Shown: positions 18,444-28,114, counted from the first letter of the stretch. The stretch: 64,000 nucleotides of DNA from Candidatus Omnitrophota bacterium (GCA_003598025.1 QZKH01000009.1:64896-128895); one strand, 5' to 3'. Notes: generated from the letters alone by a model not told the origin. Numbers and translations are program-made.

Positions 18444-19193
18444 ATGCGGAAAGGGTATTTTTATATAGCAAATCAAACCCGCAGCGGAAAGCGCATAGGG
18501 TTGGTTTTTATCCTTAATATTGGGAATGGGAAGCTTCTAAAGCTCTCTACTTTAAAATATATTTGTAATGATAACAGCATTCTCATTATTTTTACGCCTG
18601 TATCAAATAGCGAATCCGGTATTTTAACAAAACATTTGAAACGGAGCAGTATTTTTCATAGAACATTTGACAGCCGAATTTGTAAATTACTCGGGGAGAT
18701 TATTTCCGGCATGTTGAAGCCGGATATCGGCGCAGATCTTGTTATTAGAGAGCTTACCGAAAGGCAAAATAAGGACTATAAATATTTTGAATACAAATGC
18801 TATGATAAAATATATATACCCGGCACGATTCCAATGAAACGGAGTAATGAAATTGAAGTAAACAACCACAAAATAAAACTCGGAGACTCTATGTTTAAAT
18901 TATTCCTGCGCCTTGTGCTAGAATTAAAAAAGAAAAAGGAGGGTTGGGTTCATAGGCATAGCCTGGGTTCAGACAATATCATTATGGATGTCGAAAAATT
19001 CCAGATTTACAGCAATCTTAGGACGGCTTTGCAAGGAAGTCTATTAGATAAGGACGGCCAGAAGTTTATAGAGAACAACGGCTCAAAGCAGTACCGGATA
19101 TCGCTCCACCCAGATTTTATTACCTACGACAGAGAAAAACTCCTCAAGCACCCCGATAGCAGTATTCAGAAGCTCGCTAAAAAACTAACCTAA
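18444..19193 (+). CDS. uncharacterised 249-aa protein adjacent to the TIR-like gene
   Basis: No recognisable motif; AT-rich; 25-nt gap after the TIR gene suggests an operon. Confidence 0.4.
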   Translation: MRKGYFYIANQTRSGKRIGLVFILNIGNGKLLKLSTLKYICNDNSILIIFTPVSNSESGILTKHLKRSSIFHRTFDSRICKLLGEIISGMLKPDIGADLVIRELTERQNKDYKYFEYKCYDKIYIPGTIPMKRSNEIEVNNHKIKLGDSMFKLFLRLVLELKKKKEGWVHRHSLGSDNIIMDVEKFQIYSNLRTALQGSLLDKDGQKFIENNGSKQYRISLHPDFITYDREKLLKHPDSSIQKLAKKLT

Positions 19194-19300
19194 CTATAAT
19201 CCGGCGCATTAATCTTGATTGCTAATAAGAAAAATTCTTGGTATTATCTAAAGTGTAATAATGTTAAATCATTTGTGTTAGGAGATTCGCATATGCCTAA

Positions 19301-19453
19301 GAGTTACCTAAAAAATTTCTTATTGTGCTTATTTCTCGTGAAGGCAAGTTTATGATACCGTCAGGCAATACCGTTGTTATAGAAGGTAGAGATGTTTTGC
19401 TGGTGCTTGCAAATATGGCAGATCTTTCTATTTTTCAGCAAACCGTAGCATAG
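19301..19453 (+). pseudogene. 3'-terminal remnant (~45 codons) of a paralogous CPA1 antiporter gene
   Basis: In-frame stop at 19298. Remnant KKFLIVLISREGKFMIPSGNTVVIEGRDVLLVLANMADLSIFQQTVA* aligns with the C-terminus of the 6519-7967 product (CLIMLISRNDKFIIPAGPTIIEGGDVLLVLANTGDLLAFQQELA*). Confidence 0.6.
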
Positions 19454-19474
19454 CTTAAAAGGGATCAAGAGTAG

Positions 19475-20746
19475 ATGTCGAAATTCTCTGAGGTTTTAAA
19501 ATCCCGTAATTTTTTCTGCCTCTGGCTGGGGCAGATCATCTCGCAACTTGGGGACAGGCTTTCACAGATGGCCTTGATTGCCTTTGTTTATTCAAGGGCG
19601 CCGGGTTCAGCTTATGAAATCGCCAAGATACTGTCATTTACAATAATCCCTGTATTTTTAATCGGTCCGATTGCCGGTGTTTATGTAGATAGATGGGATA
19701 GGCGTAAAACCATGTATGCATGCGAATTCCTGCAAATGATTTTAATTTTCACTATACCTTCCTTTCTATTTTATACCAAAAATATGATTCCTATTTATAT
19801 CATCGTTTTTATATCATTCTGTATCGGCAGGTTTTTTGTGCCGGCAAAACTGGCGATTATCCCTGAGTTAGTTGAGCCCAGGAATTTGCTGATGGCAAAT
19901 TCCTTAGTGAATATTACCGGTATGATCGCCACTATCGCCGGTTTTGGTATCAGCGGTATCTTGGTAGAGGTGGCTGGCCCCAAAAAAGGTTTTTACATGG
20001 ATTCTTTAAGTTCTTTAATTTCTGGCACATTTATATTTTTTATTTCCAGCAAAACTGCTGTTTCCTTAAAACATCCGGCGTTTAAAGATGTAATTTTAGT
20101 AAGCCGGGATATCGTGCAGAAGATCAGAAAGTCTATTTGGCTTGAGATCAAGGAAGGTATAATTTACTTTTTACGCCATAAAAATATTCGTTTCATCGCC
20201 GCAGTGATGTTTCTGGTATTCTCTGCCCTGGGTTCGGTGTATGTGGTTTTGATTATCTTTGTGCAGCAGGTTTTACAATCCGCGACCAAAGACGTAGGGT
20301 TATTAATTATGTTTTTGGGTGCCGGGCTTTTTGCGGGCTCTATGCTTTACGGCAAGTTTGGCAGCCGGGTTTCCGAATATAAGGCGATATTTTCCGCCTT
20401 AATTTTAAGCGGTATGGTGTTGATTGTATTTGCCGTAACGCTAAAGAATTACCCTAAATTCTATATGGCGGCATTTTTATCTTTTATCTTCGGCATATTT
20501 GTTTCGCCGATTCTATCTGCCTGTAATACCATTATACATAATGTCAGCAGCAATGAAATGATGGGCAAAGTTTTCAGTTCCCTTGAGATGGTAATGCATC
20601 TCGGGTTTCTTATATTTATGTTTATTAGCAGCATCTTAAGCGCAAAATACGGTCCTTTCATCATGCTTGTGGTTGTGGGAAGCGTAATAATTCTTTTAGG
20701 GGCAATCAATCTTATTTATCAGCGCAGGGCTTCTTGGCTGAATTAG
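19475..20746 (+). CDS. MFS transporter
   Basis: 12 predicted TM segments; G..DRWDRRK motif. Confidence 0.7.
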   Translation: MSKFSEVLKSRNFFCLWLGQIISQLGDRLSQMALIAFVYSRAPGSAYEIAKILSFTIIPVFLIGPIAGVYVDRWDRRKTMYACEFLQMILIFTIPSFLFYTKNMIPIYIIVFISFCIGRFFVPAKLAIIPELVEPRNLLMANSLVNITGMIATIAGFGISGILVEVAGPKKGFYMDSLSSLISGTFIFFISSKTAVSLKHPAFKDVILVSRDIVQKIRKSIWLEIKEGIIYFLRHKNIRFIAAVMFLVFSALGSVYVVLIIFVQQVLQSATKDVGLLIMFLGAGLFAGSMLYGKFGSRVSEYKAIFSALILSGMVLIVFAVTLKNYPKFYMAAFLSFIFGIFVSPILSACNTIIHNVSSNEMMGKVFSSLEMVMHLGFLIFMFISSILSAKYGPFIMLVVVGSVIILLGAINLIYQRRASWLN

Positions 20747-21009
20747 TCTAAGTATTTTTCTTATTATTGGTGCTGGCCCTTGGTCGATTGACGCAGATAT
20801 AATAGCCGCCCATATAATTTTTTTAATTCAACGGACGGCGTAACAAGGAATGGGAGGGGTGTTTAGCATGACTGGTAATTTATATCAGGATTGGCCTGTA
20901 TATGTATTGCTAGGAGGAGCAGTAGTATGGATTATTTGGTTAATTATCAAAAGTAATTTAGCAGACAAAAAGGATGACTCTTCAACGAAAAAAGACAATA
21001 AATAGTTCA

Positions 21010-22257
21010 ATGGCACTTATGACTTTTAATTCTCCAACCGCAGCAAGAAGGAGAGCCTTAAATATTATTATTCTTTTTGGTTTGGTCAGCCTTTTTGGTG
21101 ATATTGCTTATGAGGGGGCGCGTAGCGTCAACGGTCCTTATCTAAAACTGCTTGCGGTAAACGCTGTTACCCTAGGGGTGATAACCGGGATAGGAGAGTT
21201 TCTGGGATATACCTTGCGTTTACTTTCAGGGTATGTTTCGGACAAGACAAAATCGTACTGGCTTCTGACTATTGTTGGATATGGTTTGTTGGTGAGTGTG
21301 CCGTTGCTTTCTCTGGCTGGCATATGGCAGATTGCTGCGCTGTTTATAATTTTAGAAAGAATAGGCAAGGCCATCCGCAGCCCCGCAAGGGATACCATAC
21401 TTTCGCAGGCAAGCTCACAGGTTGGCACCGGATTTGGGTTTGGCCTGCATGAAGCGATGGATCAGATTGGCGCGGTTGCCGGGCCTTTGATTTTTACGGT
21501 CTTTTTTATGCTGATAGGCAAAGAGCAGATAGGAATTGTCGCTTATCAGAAAGGGTATGCCTTTCTTTGGATTCCTTTTTTACTGGTCATGTTTTGCCTG
21601 TTTGTTTCTTACCGGGAGGTCCCTCATCCAGCTGCTTTGGAGGCCGCGGGGAAAAAAGCAAAAATTCTAGATAGACTCTCCAAAGTTTTTTGGCTGTATA
21701 CGCTGTTTACTTTTGTTACGACGTTGGGTTTCTGCTCTTTTTTACTGCTTGCTTTTCATTTTAAGTCTTCTAATATTCTCCCTGACGCGCAGATTCCTTT
21801 GTATTATTCAATAGCGATGGGCATTGATGCCGTAGCTGCTTTATCGGTCGGTAAACTATACGATGTAATGAAAACCCGCAAGAATAACCACAATGCTGGA
21901 TTAGATTTATTGGTTATCATTCCAATTATGACGCTTTTGATGTCGCTATTCGTATTCTCCCAACGCCATATCCTTGTTATTATCGGAGTGCTTTGTTGGG
22001 GGATAGTAATGGGCGTTCACGAGACAATTATGCGCTCGGCGATTGCAGATATTACCTCTCTAAACAAGCGAGGAACAGGTTACGGCATTTTTAACACCAC
22101 ATATGGTCTGGCAGTTTTTTTGGGGAGTGTCTTATTGGGATTTTTGTATGATCGTTCGATAGCATTCGTTATCACGGCAGTTATTTTTGTGGAGTGCCTG
22201 GCCTTAGCGGCTTTCTTTTATCTGAAACAAGAAACCTCAAAGGAGATAACGGCATAG
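21010..22257 (+). CDS. MFS transporter
   Basis: 12 TM segments; start moved to MALMTF (internal ATG). Confidence 0.6.
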   Translation: MALMTFNSPTAARRRALNIIILFGLVSLFGDIAYEGARSVNGPYLKLLAVNAVTLGVITGIGEFLGYTLRLLSGYVSDKTKSYWLLTIVGYGLLVSVPLLSLAGIWQIAALFIILERIGKAIRSPARDTILSQASSQVGTGFGFGLHEAMDQIGAVAGPLIFTVFFMLIGKEQIGIVAYQKGYAFLWIPFLLVMFCLFVSYREVPHPAALEAAGKKAKILDRLSKVFWLYTLFTFVTTLGFCSFLLLAFHFKSSNILPDAQIPLYYSIAMGIDAVAALSVGKLYDVMKTRKNNHNAGLDLLVIIPIMTLLMSLFVFSQRHILVIIGVLCWGIVMGVHETIMRSAIADITSLNKRGTGYGIFNTTYGLAVFLGSVLLGFLYDRSIAFVITAVIFVECLALAAFFYLKQETSKEITA

Positions 22258-22302
22258 CGCATGCATAGACAAGAATTACCGAAATGCTGGTTTATGCTTT
22301 TG

Positions 22303-22385
22303 GCAATAGGTATTCAATTATCTCCCGGCGTTCTTGGATGGGTTTTAGGTGTGAATATTTAAAAGTTCTCTGCCGGTGAAACAAA
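22303..22385 (-). pseudogene. remnant of a serine-recombinase gene 3' end (~28 codons)
   Basis: Minus-strand translation ...NFDLFHRQRTFKYSHLKPIQERREIIEY aligns with the Rec2 C-terminus ...TLRIFTGRRLLNISRLKTIQERRDMINQ. About 80% nt identity to 23455-23522. Confidence 0.45.
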
Positions 22386-22396
22386 TCAAAATTGTG

Positions 22397-22449
22397 TTGA
22401 CTTTATCTAATTGTCTAATATAATAAACAATTGTCTAATACATTAGACA
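22397..22449 (+). promoter_or_regulatory. promoter (TTGACT-16-TATAAT) with TTGTCTAATA direct repeats and palindrome TGTCTAAT-ac-ATTAGACA: likely autoregulatory operator of the MNT/HEPN pair
   Basis: Read directly, upstream of 22459. Confidence 0.45.
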
Positions 22450-22458
22450 GGAGAGAAG

Positions 22459-23013
22459 ATGGGGAAAAGAAATAATAAGGTAATAGATATATTCGGCGCG
22501 ACTAATTCCCTTAAGGTGCTTTCGTATCTTGCCCAGGACCCGAGTAAGGAATTCTTAGCCAGCGAAATTCAGAAGACTACCCTTGCCAGCAGAGCAGGGG
22601 TGTATTTCGCTTTAAAAGAGCTTATGCGGCAGGGTCTGGTTTCGCAAGAGAGAAGAGGCAAGGTTATCTTTTACCGCATTGTCTATGATGACGCAGCTAT
22701 AAAGCAGTTTAAGATATTGAAGAATGTGTTTTCCTTACGCCCTATCGTAGCCAAGCTTAAACCTTTCTCGCGTAAGATTGTGCTTTACGGCAGCTATAGC
22801 CGCGGTGAGAATGATCCTGCCAGCGACATAGACCTTTTTATACTCTCAAAGGATCCAGAGGCAACAAAAGACGCCCTTTCTTCCCTTAAAACTAAGCAAA
22901 AACTCCAGACTGTAATTAAGACTGCAACTGAAATGGCCAGCTTTAAAGAAAGCGAAAAAGTCTTCATGCAGGAAGTAGAACGTGGCATAGTGCTCTGGGA
23001 GGAGAAGGGATGA
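22459..23013 (+). CDS. wHTH + minimal nucleotidyltransferase (MNT) antitoxin-like protein
   Basis: LYGSYSRGENDPASDIDLFIL (GS..RGE...SDID NTase motif). Confidence 0.7.
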   Translation: MGKRNNKVIDIFGATNSLKVLSYLAQDPSKEFLASEIQKTTLASRAGVYFALKELMRQGLVSQERRGKVIFYRIVYDDAAIKQFKILKNVFSLRPIVAKLKPFSRKIVLYGSYSRGENDPASDIDLFILSKDPEATKDALSSLKTKQKLQTVIKTATEMASFKESEKVFMQEVERGIVLWEEKG

Positions 23014-23444
23014 CCATAGAATATGATGATTGCCTAAAGAGAGGCAAGATTAAGCCGTTTTCACGCGGGCCTGCGTTGGCAGCAAAGGAAATAGAAGCAG
23101 CAGAAGCAGACTTAAGTCGGGCGCATAAAACCTACAGCGAAACCGACTATAAATGGGCAACTATTCAGACCTATTATTCGATGTTTCACAGCGCAAGGGC
23201 CTTGTTATACGCCAAAAGCCTGCGGGAACACAGCCATTATTGCCTTGTCGCTGCCATTAAGACTTTGTACGTTGAGACGAAGGTTATCCCGGTATATATC
23301 CTTGAAGGTTTCCAGCAGGCCAAAACTTTAAGGGAAGAGGCTGATTATTATAACCGTTGGTCCCAAGCAGGCTGCGAAAAACTTATAAAGTTGGCCGAAG
23401 AGTTCTTAGGAATAGGTAGGAATACAATTTTACCTAGGCAATAA
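23010..23444 (+). CDS. HEPN-domain toxin-like protein
   Basis: Overlaps the MNT gene by 4 nt; SLREHSHY and REEADYYNR (Rx4-6H HEPN motifs). Confidence 0.65.
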   Translation: MTIEYDDCLKRGKIKPFSRGPALAAKEIEAAEADLSRAHKTYSETDYKWATIQTYYSMFHSARALLYAKSLREHSHYCLVAAIKTLYVETKVIPVYILEGFQQAKTLREEADYYNRWSQAGCEKLIKLAEEFLGIGRNTILPRQ

Positions 23445-25529
23445 TAGCTGGTTTATCATATCCCGGCGTTCTTGAATGGTTTTTAGGCGGGAAATGTTCA
23501 AAAGGCGTCTGCCGGTGAAGATTCTTAATGTCTCTTGATTGCCGCATTGCTTCATATTTTCAACAAATTCCGGAGGTAGCTTGTTGACTATTTTCAACAA
23601 GTGGGCTAATTTAGACTCTGATATATTTAGTTCTCTACAGGTTTTTGCCCAGGTTATTTTGGTCTGGCCGCTGTTAATGAAGGCCTTAATCTTTAGGGCC
23701 TCTACTATGGTGTTTGGGTAGATTCGGGGCTTGCGGACGGGTACCGGCGGCAGAGGATCTACTAAACTAAGCAAAATCCGCTTGCTTCTCCGGATATCCA
23801 TCTTCACAACCAATTGAACCACTTGGGGTTCTGCGGTGCGGCGGAAGACAACATTGGGCAGCCACTCTGGACGAATATTCGAACCACCAGCAGTTGGCAC
23901 CAGTGCCCTACAGTGATCCTGTGGGGCATTGCTGTTTTTAGGGGCATTTCCGGGGTTATTGTGGGTGTTTTCGGGTAGGTGGCAGGCAATCTCTTCGTAA
24001 GGGCTGCCTACATACATGCGGAATTCCACACGGTCATCTAGGACTGTTATGGATTTGATTAATAGCTGCAGCAGGGCTTTCTGGTTTTCCGGAGTGGCCT
24101 TATCAAGGTACTGAATAGCAAATTTAAAGTTAGAGTATAAAAACTCGCTGGAGTTAGCGGTCATTTGAGCGACTTTTCTTTGGGCTTCAAGCTTGGATAA
24201 TTTCTCTTGAAGCGCGAAGATCTCATTATCAAGGGCATCCATCTTGGTTTTGTAAGTGGCGCCTTTTGAGATAGCGCCTTCAATCGCAAGGGAGAGCAGC
24301 TTGTCTGCTTTTTCCCTTGCGATTTTTAGTTTCTCCTCGGCCTGCTTGATTTCTTTCTGCACTTTACCAAGTTTGTCCTTGGCATCAATTGCCGCGTCAC
24401 CCACGGCCTTTACGATAATGTCCTGGTTCTGTGAGGCAACTCTAAAGAAATCAATTACAGCTTGGTCAAGCTGCGTAGCCGGTAGATTAGGGACATCACA
24501 TCCTAATCTTTGTAATGACCGGCTGCAGGCGTAGTAAAAAAACTTCCTGCTCCTGCCATTAGCAAAATAGGATATGTAGTGGCTTCCGCACTTTCCACAC
24601 CGAAGTATCCCATTCAATAAGTAAACATACTCCTTAGGTTTTTTAGTGAAGTAGTGCTTTGGCGTGTTGCCGGTAAGAATTTTATTGGCTTTCTCCCAGA
24701 GGCCGTCGTCAATAAGCGGAGGGTGGTTACCTTTGTGCAGTTCACCGGCGTAGCGGATCATGCCTTTGTAGAAAGGGCTTTTTAGTATGGCAGCAATGCT
24801 TTGCTTGCGCCAGCTTTTTCCTTTGTAGGTTGGGACTTCCAGCTTAACCAATGTATTGCCGATTTCAGTCAACGACTTATTCTCAGCAGCCATTTGCCAG
24901 ATGGCTCTTAACTTCGGGCCTATTTCTTCATTGATTACAACCTTGTGAGGCTGCCTGCCGTTTGGCAGCATGGGTCCGTCATTAATAAGTTTATAACCTA
25001 AAGGAAGCGCTCCGCCAGTCCACTTGCCTTGGCGGGCCCGGGCAATGCAAGAGGCTTTAACGCGTTCACCGGTGAGTTCGCGTTCAAAGGCAGAAAGGAT
25101 CCCGAGTATGCCAATTACTACTCTGCCTATAGCAGTTGAGCTGTCAAGATTCTCGCGTACGGATACAAAAGCAATTTCTTTGGAGTTGAATAGATCAATA
25201 AGCCAGTAGAGGTCGCGGGTATTGCGAGTCAAGCGGTCAAGCCGTAAGAAGATTAAGCCGTCAAAGGATTTCTTGCCGCTATGAATATCGTTAAGCACTG
25301 ACTGTATGCCTGGCCGATTCAAGTCTTTTCCGGAGTAGCCGTCATCATAGACAACACCGGATTTTCCGAAAGCAGCCATCTCATAGCCAAAGGCGTCAAT
25401 CATATTCTTGCAGTGGTGCGCCTGAGCATCAAGAGTGGTATAGTCGCCCTGGGCCTGGTCATCAGTGGAGCAGCGAGTATAGATGATGTAGCGTTTCTTT
25501 TTGTTATCTGGTTTTGCTTTCATAATCAT
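23430..25529 (-). CDS. large serine recombinase, full length, with C-terminal HTH extension
   Basis: MIMKAKPDNKKKRYIIYTRCSTDDQAQGD...; the internal codons EWLP are encoded by revcomp of GGGCAGCCA at 23856-23864, the same 9-mer as the tRNA-Gln 3' end. Confidence 0.85.
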   Translation of the reverse strand: MIMKAKPDNKKKRYIIYTRCSTDDQAQGDYTTLDAQAHHCKNMIDAFGYEMAAFGKSGVVYDDGYSGKDLNRPGIQSVLNDIHSGKKSFDGLIFLRLDRLTRNTRDLYWLIDLFNSKEIAFVSVRENLDSSTAIGRVVIGILGILSAFERELTGERVKASCIARARQGKWTGGALPLGYKLINDGPMLPNGRQPHKVVINEEIGPKLRAIWQMAAENKSLTEIGNTLVKLEVPTYKGKSWRKQSIAAILKSPFYKGMIRYAGELHKGNHPPLIDDGLWEKANKILTGNTPKHYFTKKPKEYVYLLNGILRCGKCGSHYISYFANGRSRKFFYYACSRSLQRLGCDVPNLPATQLDQAVIDFFRVASQNQDIIVKAVGDAAIDAKDKLGKVQKEIKQAEEKLKIAREKADKLLSLAIEGAISKGATYKTKMDALDNEIFALQEKLSKLEAQRKVAQMTANSSEFLYSNFKFAIQYLDKATPENQKALLQLLIKSITVLDDRVEFRMYVGSPYEEIACHLPENTHNNPGNAPKNSNAPQDHCRALVPTAGGSNIRPEWLPNVVFRRTAEPQVVQLVVKMDIRRSKRILLSLVDPLPPVPVRKPRIYPNTIVEALKIKAFINSGQTKITWAKTCRELNISESKLAHLLKIVNKLPPEFVENMKQCGNQETLRIFTGRRLLNISRLKTIQERRDMINQLLLPR

Positions 25530-25558
25530 AAAAATCACTCCTTTAATCTGCTGGGGTT

Positions 25559-25596
25559 GCCGACACGCGGAAAGTAAATCTTCCGCATGTCGGCAG
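25559..25596. promoter_or_regulatory. imperfect inverted repeat (TGCCGACACGCGGAAAG-taaat-CTTCCGCATGTCGGCAG) upstream of recombinase 2
   Basis: Read directly; analogous position to the IR at 2964-2994. Confidence 0.4.
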
Positions 25597-27113
25597 CAAA
25601 GCGTTTAAGCTTGAGGCTTTTGTTTTTTGCCTTTGCCCCCCAGGGCAACTCTCCGATTGACGCCAAGGCTGACGCTGCTGATGCGACCAGTATCACAGAT
25701 GCGAGTATAGCAGGCTTTGGGAACAATTACTTTGTCGGGGACGTGATCCTGCAGACCAGCGGAACCTATAAAGGCCAAGAGGCAGTGGTCACCGGCTACA
25801 ATAATTCTACAGGGCAGATTTCCGTAGCGTCTTGGCCTTCGGGAACGCCGAGTATTAATGATGAATTTGTTATCAAAGACCGGGCTTATTATAAAGTAAG
25901 GGCAGTAGACACTTACGGTCCCGGGAGTTTCTCATCCGCAGTAACAATAAACTTCACGCCTTTGGCTGAGGCAGAAATAGGCGATACTATAATCTCAGCA
26001 AGAAAGCTTATTGCCGGAGAGCTGATTACCTTATCTGCGCAGATAAAAGACCTTATTGTCACTAATGCCAAGATTTACGATTTAGACGGAAGCAAAATTA
26101 CCGCCCAATCCATAACGCTTTCCAAGCTGGCCAGTGACGCTATTCCGCCCAAAACTTATTATCAGGCCAGCGAGCCGACAAGCGGCATGAATGAAGGGGA
26201 TTACTGGATTGATACGGACGATAATAATAAGCTCTATATTTATCAAAACAGCTCCTGGCAGGTGGTCTCTGAAAGCGGTGGAGGAGGAGGTATCACTGTT
26301 TTTAAGCAGGCCTCTATCCCTACTTCTTTATCCATCGGAGATTTATGGATAGATACCGACGACGGGGATAAATTGTACCGGGCAGCTAGTGTCGGCGCAG
26401 ATCAAATTGTTTCTGGCGAATGGGAATTGGTGAATGTTGCAACAGCCACCGGTTGGGCGCACGGTTCTGATATCACCAAGATTGACGGTGGCAAGATTTA
26501 CACGGATTCCATTACTGCGGACAAGATAAATGTCAACCAACTGGATGCCTTGGCAGTTAATACCGGAAATTTGAATGTAGACGGCTATATAAAAAGTAAT
26601 AATTATGTAGCAGGCACCACGGGCTATAAGCTAAGCGCAAGCACAGGCTTAGAGGTAAATACCGGCGTAATCAAGGGGCAGGTCTTAGAAACCAACGCCA
26701 TCTCAGAAATAATCACCGCAACCGCCACAAATAAGTCAACCGGCAGCACCAGCTATGTGGATTTAATCAGCGCTCAGATTACCACGCCGGATGCCACCAA
26801 GTTATTGATATTATTTCAGGCAGGCGATTTAAGGCTGGATTACCAGGAAGACCAGTCTGACTGGATAGATATCCAGGTTTTGATTAACAGCGTTGAGAAA
26901 ACCGGAGCAAGAGTCGGCGGGCTTTTTGCTGATATTCCCGGAGGCATACTTTTTTACAACCAGAGACTCCCTACGCAGATCCATCACTGGGAAGCGGTCA
27001 ACGCTGGCACATATACAGTACTAGTACGCTGGAAAGTGGGAAGATCAGGCATCACTGCTTATGCAGGGGATAGTTTCGCGGTAAAACTTTCATTGATGCA
27101 AAACAAAAAATAA
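25587..27113 (+). CDS. phage tail-fibre-like protein (start uncertain, possibly 5' truncated)
   Basis: Repeats of tail-fibre type: SARKLIAGELITLSAQIKDLIVTNAKIYDLDGSKITAQSITLSKLA; YWIDTDDNNKLYIYQNSSWQ / LWIDTDDGDKLYRAAS; no internal Met for the first ~190 aa. Confidence 0.5.
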   Translation: MSAAKRLSLRLLFFAFAPQGNSPIDAKADAADATSITDASIAGFGNNYFVGDVILQTSGTYKGQEAVVTGYNNSTGQISVASWPSGTPSINDEFVIKDRAYYKVRAVDTYGPGSFSSAVTINFTPLAEAEIGDTIISARKLIAGELITLSAQIKDLIVTNAKIYDLDGSKITAQSITLSKLASDAIPPKTYYQASEPTSGMNEGDYWIDTDDNNKLYIYQNSSWQVVSESGGGGGITVFKQASIPTSLSIGDLWIDTDDGDKLYRAASVGADQIVSGEWELVNVATATGWAHGSDITKIDGGKIYTDSITADKINVNQLDALAVNTGNLNVDGYIKSNNYVAGTTGYKLSASTGLEVNTGVIKGQVLETNAISEIITATATNKSTGSTSYVDLISAQITTPDATKLLILFQAGDLRLDYQEDQSDWIDIQVLINSVEKTGARVGGLFADIPGGILFYNQRLPTQIHHWEAVNAGTYTVLVRWKVGRSGITAYAGDSFAVKLSLMQNKK

Positions 27114-27129
27114 TCTCATGGAGGGCTAA

Positions 27130-27294
27130 ATGCTTGAAGAATTAAAACAGCAGTTGAAACACTTAGAAGTCACAGCCGTGCAGTTGAAGGAATCCCAGGA
27201 AAAGGCAAAAATAGCCTACTGGCAAACCGTGGGCAGGATAGCGCAACTCGAGGAAATTATTGCAATACTGCAGAAGGAGGCTGAAAAGAAATGA
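27130..27294 (+). CDS. small coiled-coil protein (54 aa)
   Basis: Stop overlaps next start (AATGA); not in ORF track. Confidence 0.3.
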   Translation: MLEELKQQLKHLEVTAVQLKESQEKAKIAYWQTVGRIAQLEEIIAILQKEAEKK

Positions 27295-27506
27295 ATGGGG
27301 AAACCAAAATTAAGTTAAAAGCCGGGTTTACCGGCGCAATTATCACCTTGATTCTTACCCTTGCTGGAATTGCCTTTGGCTACGGCCAGTTAAACAACCG
27401 AGTAGAGGCTATGGAAAAAAGAATAAGCTGCATTGAGGAAATCAGGGAGCGCTTGGTCAGGGTTGAGACCTTGGTTGAGCGGATAGACAGGAAAATCGGA
27501 AACTAA
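27291..27506 (+). CDS. small TM + coiled-coil protein (holin-like architecture)
   Basis: TGAIITLILTLAGIAFGYG followed by a coiled coil. Confidence 0.4.
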   Translation: MNGETKIKLKAGFTGAIITLILTLAGIAFGYGQLNNRVEAMEKRISCIEEIRERLVRVETLVERIDRKIGN

Positions 27507-27521
27507 AGGGAGGTGGATAAT

Positions 27522-27632
27522 ATGAAGGTGTTGATAGCTTTTACACTTGGCAATATCGTCGGAGGACTGGGGATGTTTTTCTATCTGTGGCTGAAAGGTA
27601 AGGTGCAGGATGGTGGAAAACGAAAGATTTAG
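27522..27632 (+). CDS. 36-aa single-TM peptide, paralog of 5689-5799
   Basis: MKVLIAFTLGNIVGGLGMFFYLWLKGKVQDGGKRKI (35/36 aa identical). Confidence 0.45.
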   Translation: MKVLIAFTLGNIVGGLGMFFYLWLKGKVQDGGKRKI

Positions 27633-27939
27633 CCTGCTTAAATTCGCCGGAAGCTTCTTTCAGTTTTTGCCATGGGTTAAGACCTTGCGCTACGCGGCCG
27701 GTATTGCGCTTATTGGCTTAGTGGGCCTGACGATTTATAGGGCGTTCTTTATGCCTACGAATAAGCAGATTACTCAGATTGTAGCCCAGCCCGGGTCCCA
27801 GGTTACAGTGGTTGAGGAAAAGAAGAAAGAAGCAAAGAAACTTTTTAGGCCCCAGCCCTTTATTGAAGGTTATGGCTTTGTCGAGTCAGATGGAAGAAAT
27901 GGGTTAGGGGGTAGATTAGGAATAAGAATTGAGTTCTAA
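27610..27939 (+). CDS. 109-aa membrane protein, paralog of 5777-6109
   Basis: See paralog; ~85% nt identity over the module. Confidence 0.5.
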   Translation: MVENERFSLLKFAGSFFQFLPWVKTLRYAAGIALIGLVGLTIYRAFFMPTNKQITQIVAQPGSQVTVVEEKKKEAKKLFRPQPFIEGYGFVESDGRNGLGGRLGIRIEF

Positions 27940-28114
27940 GGTAACATTTCAGCCTCCAGAAGTAGCCCGTCGGGACGACCCAACCTACCTTGAGCATGGT
28001 CTCGTCGGGGCACTTCCAAGAGCTGAACAGTTACAACTGTTACAAAAATTAAGTTGGATATGCGGTTATTAAATTACGAAAACCGAAAAAAAAATTGCGA
28101 AAAACACTTGAAAA

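Noticed and set aside
25587-25800. N-terminus MSAAKRLSLRLLFFAFAPQ... as the true start of the tail-fibre-like gene
   Set aside because: Weak start context and no Met for ~190 aa. The gene is likely 5'-truncated or uses an alternative start, so the start coordinate is left uncertain.
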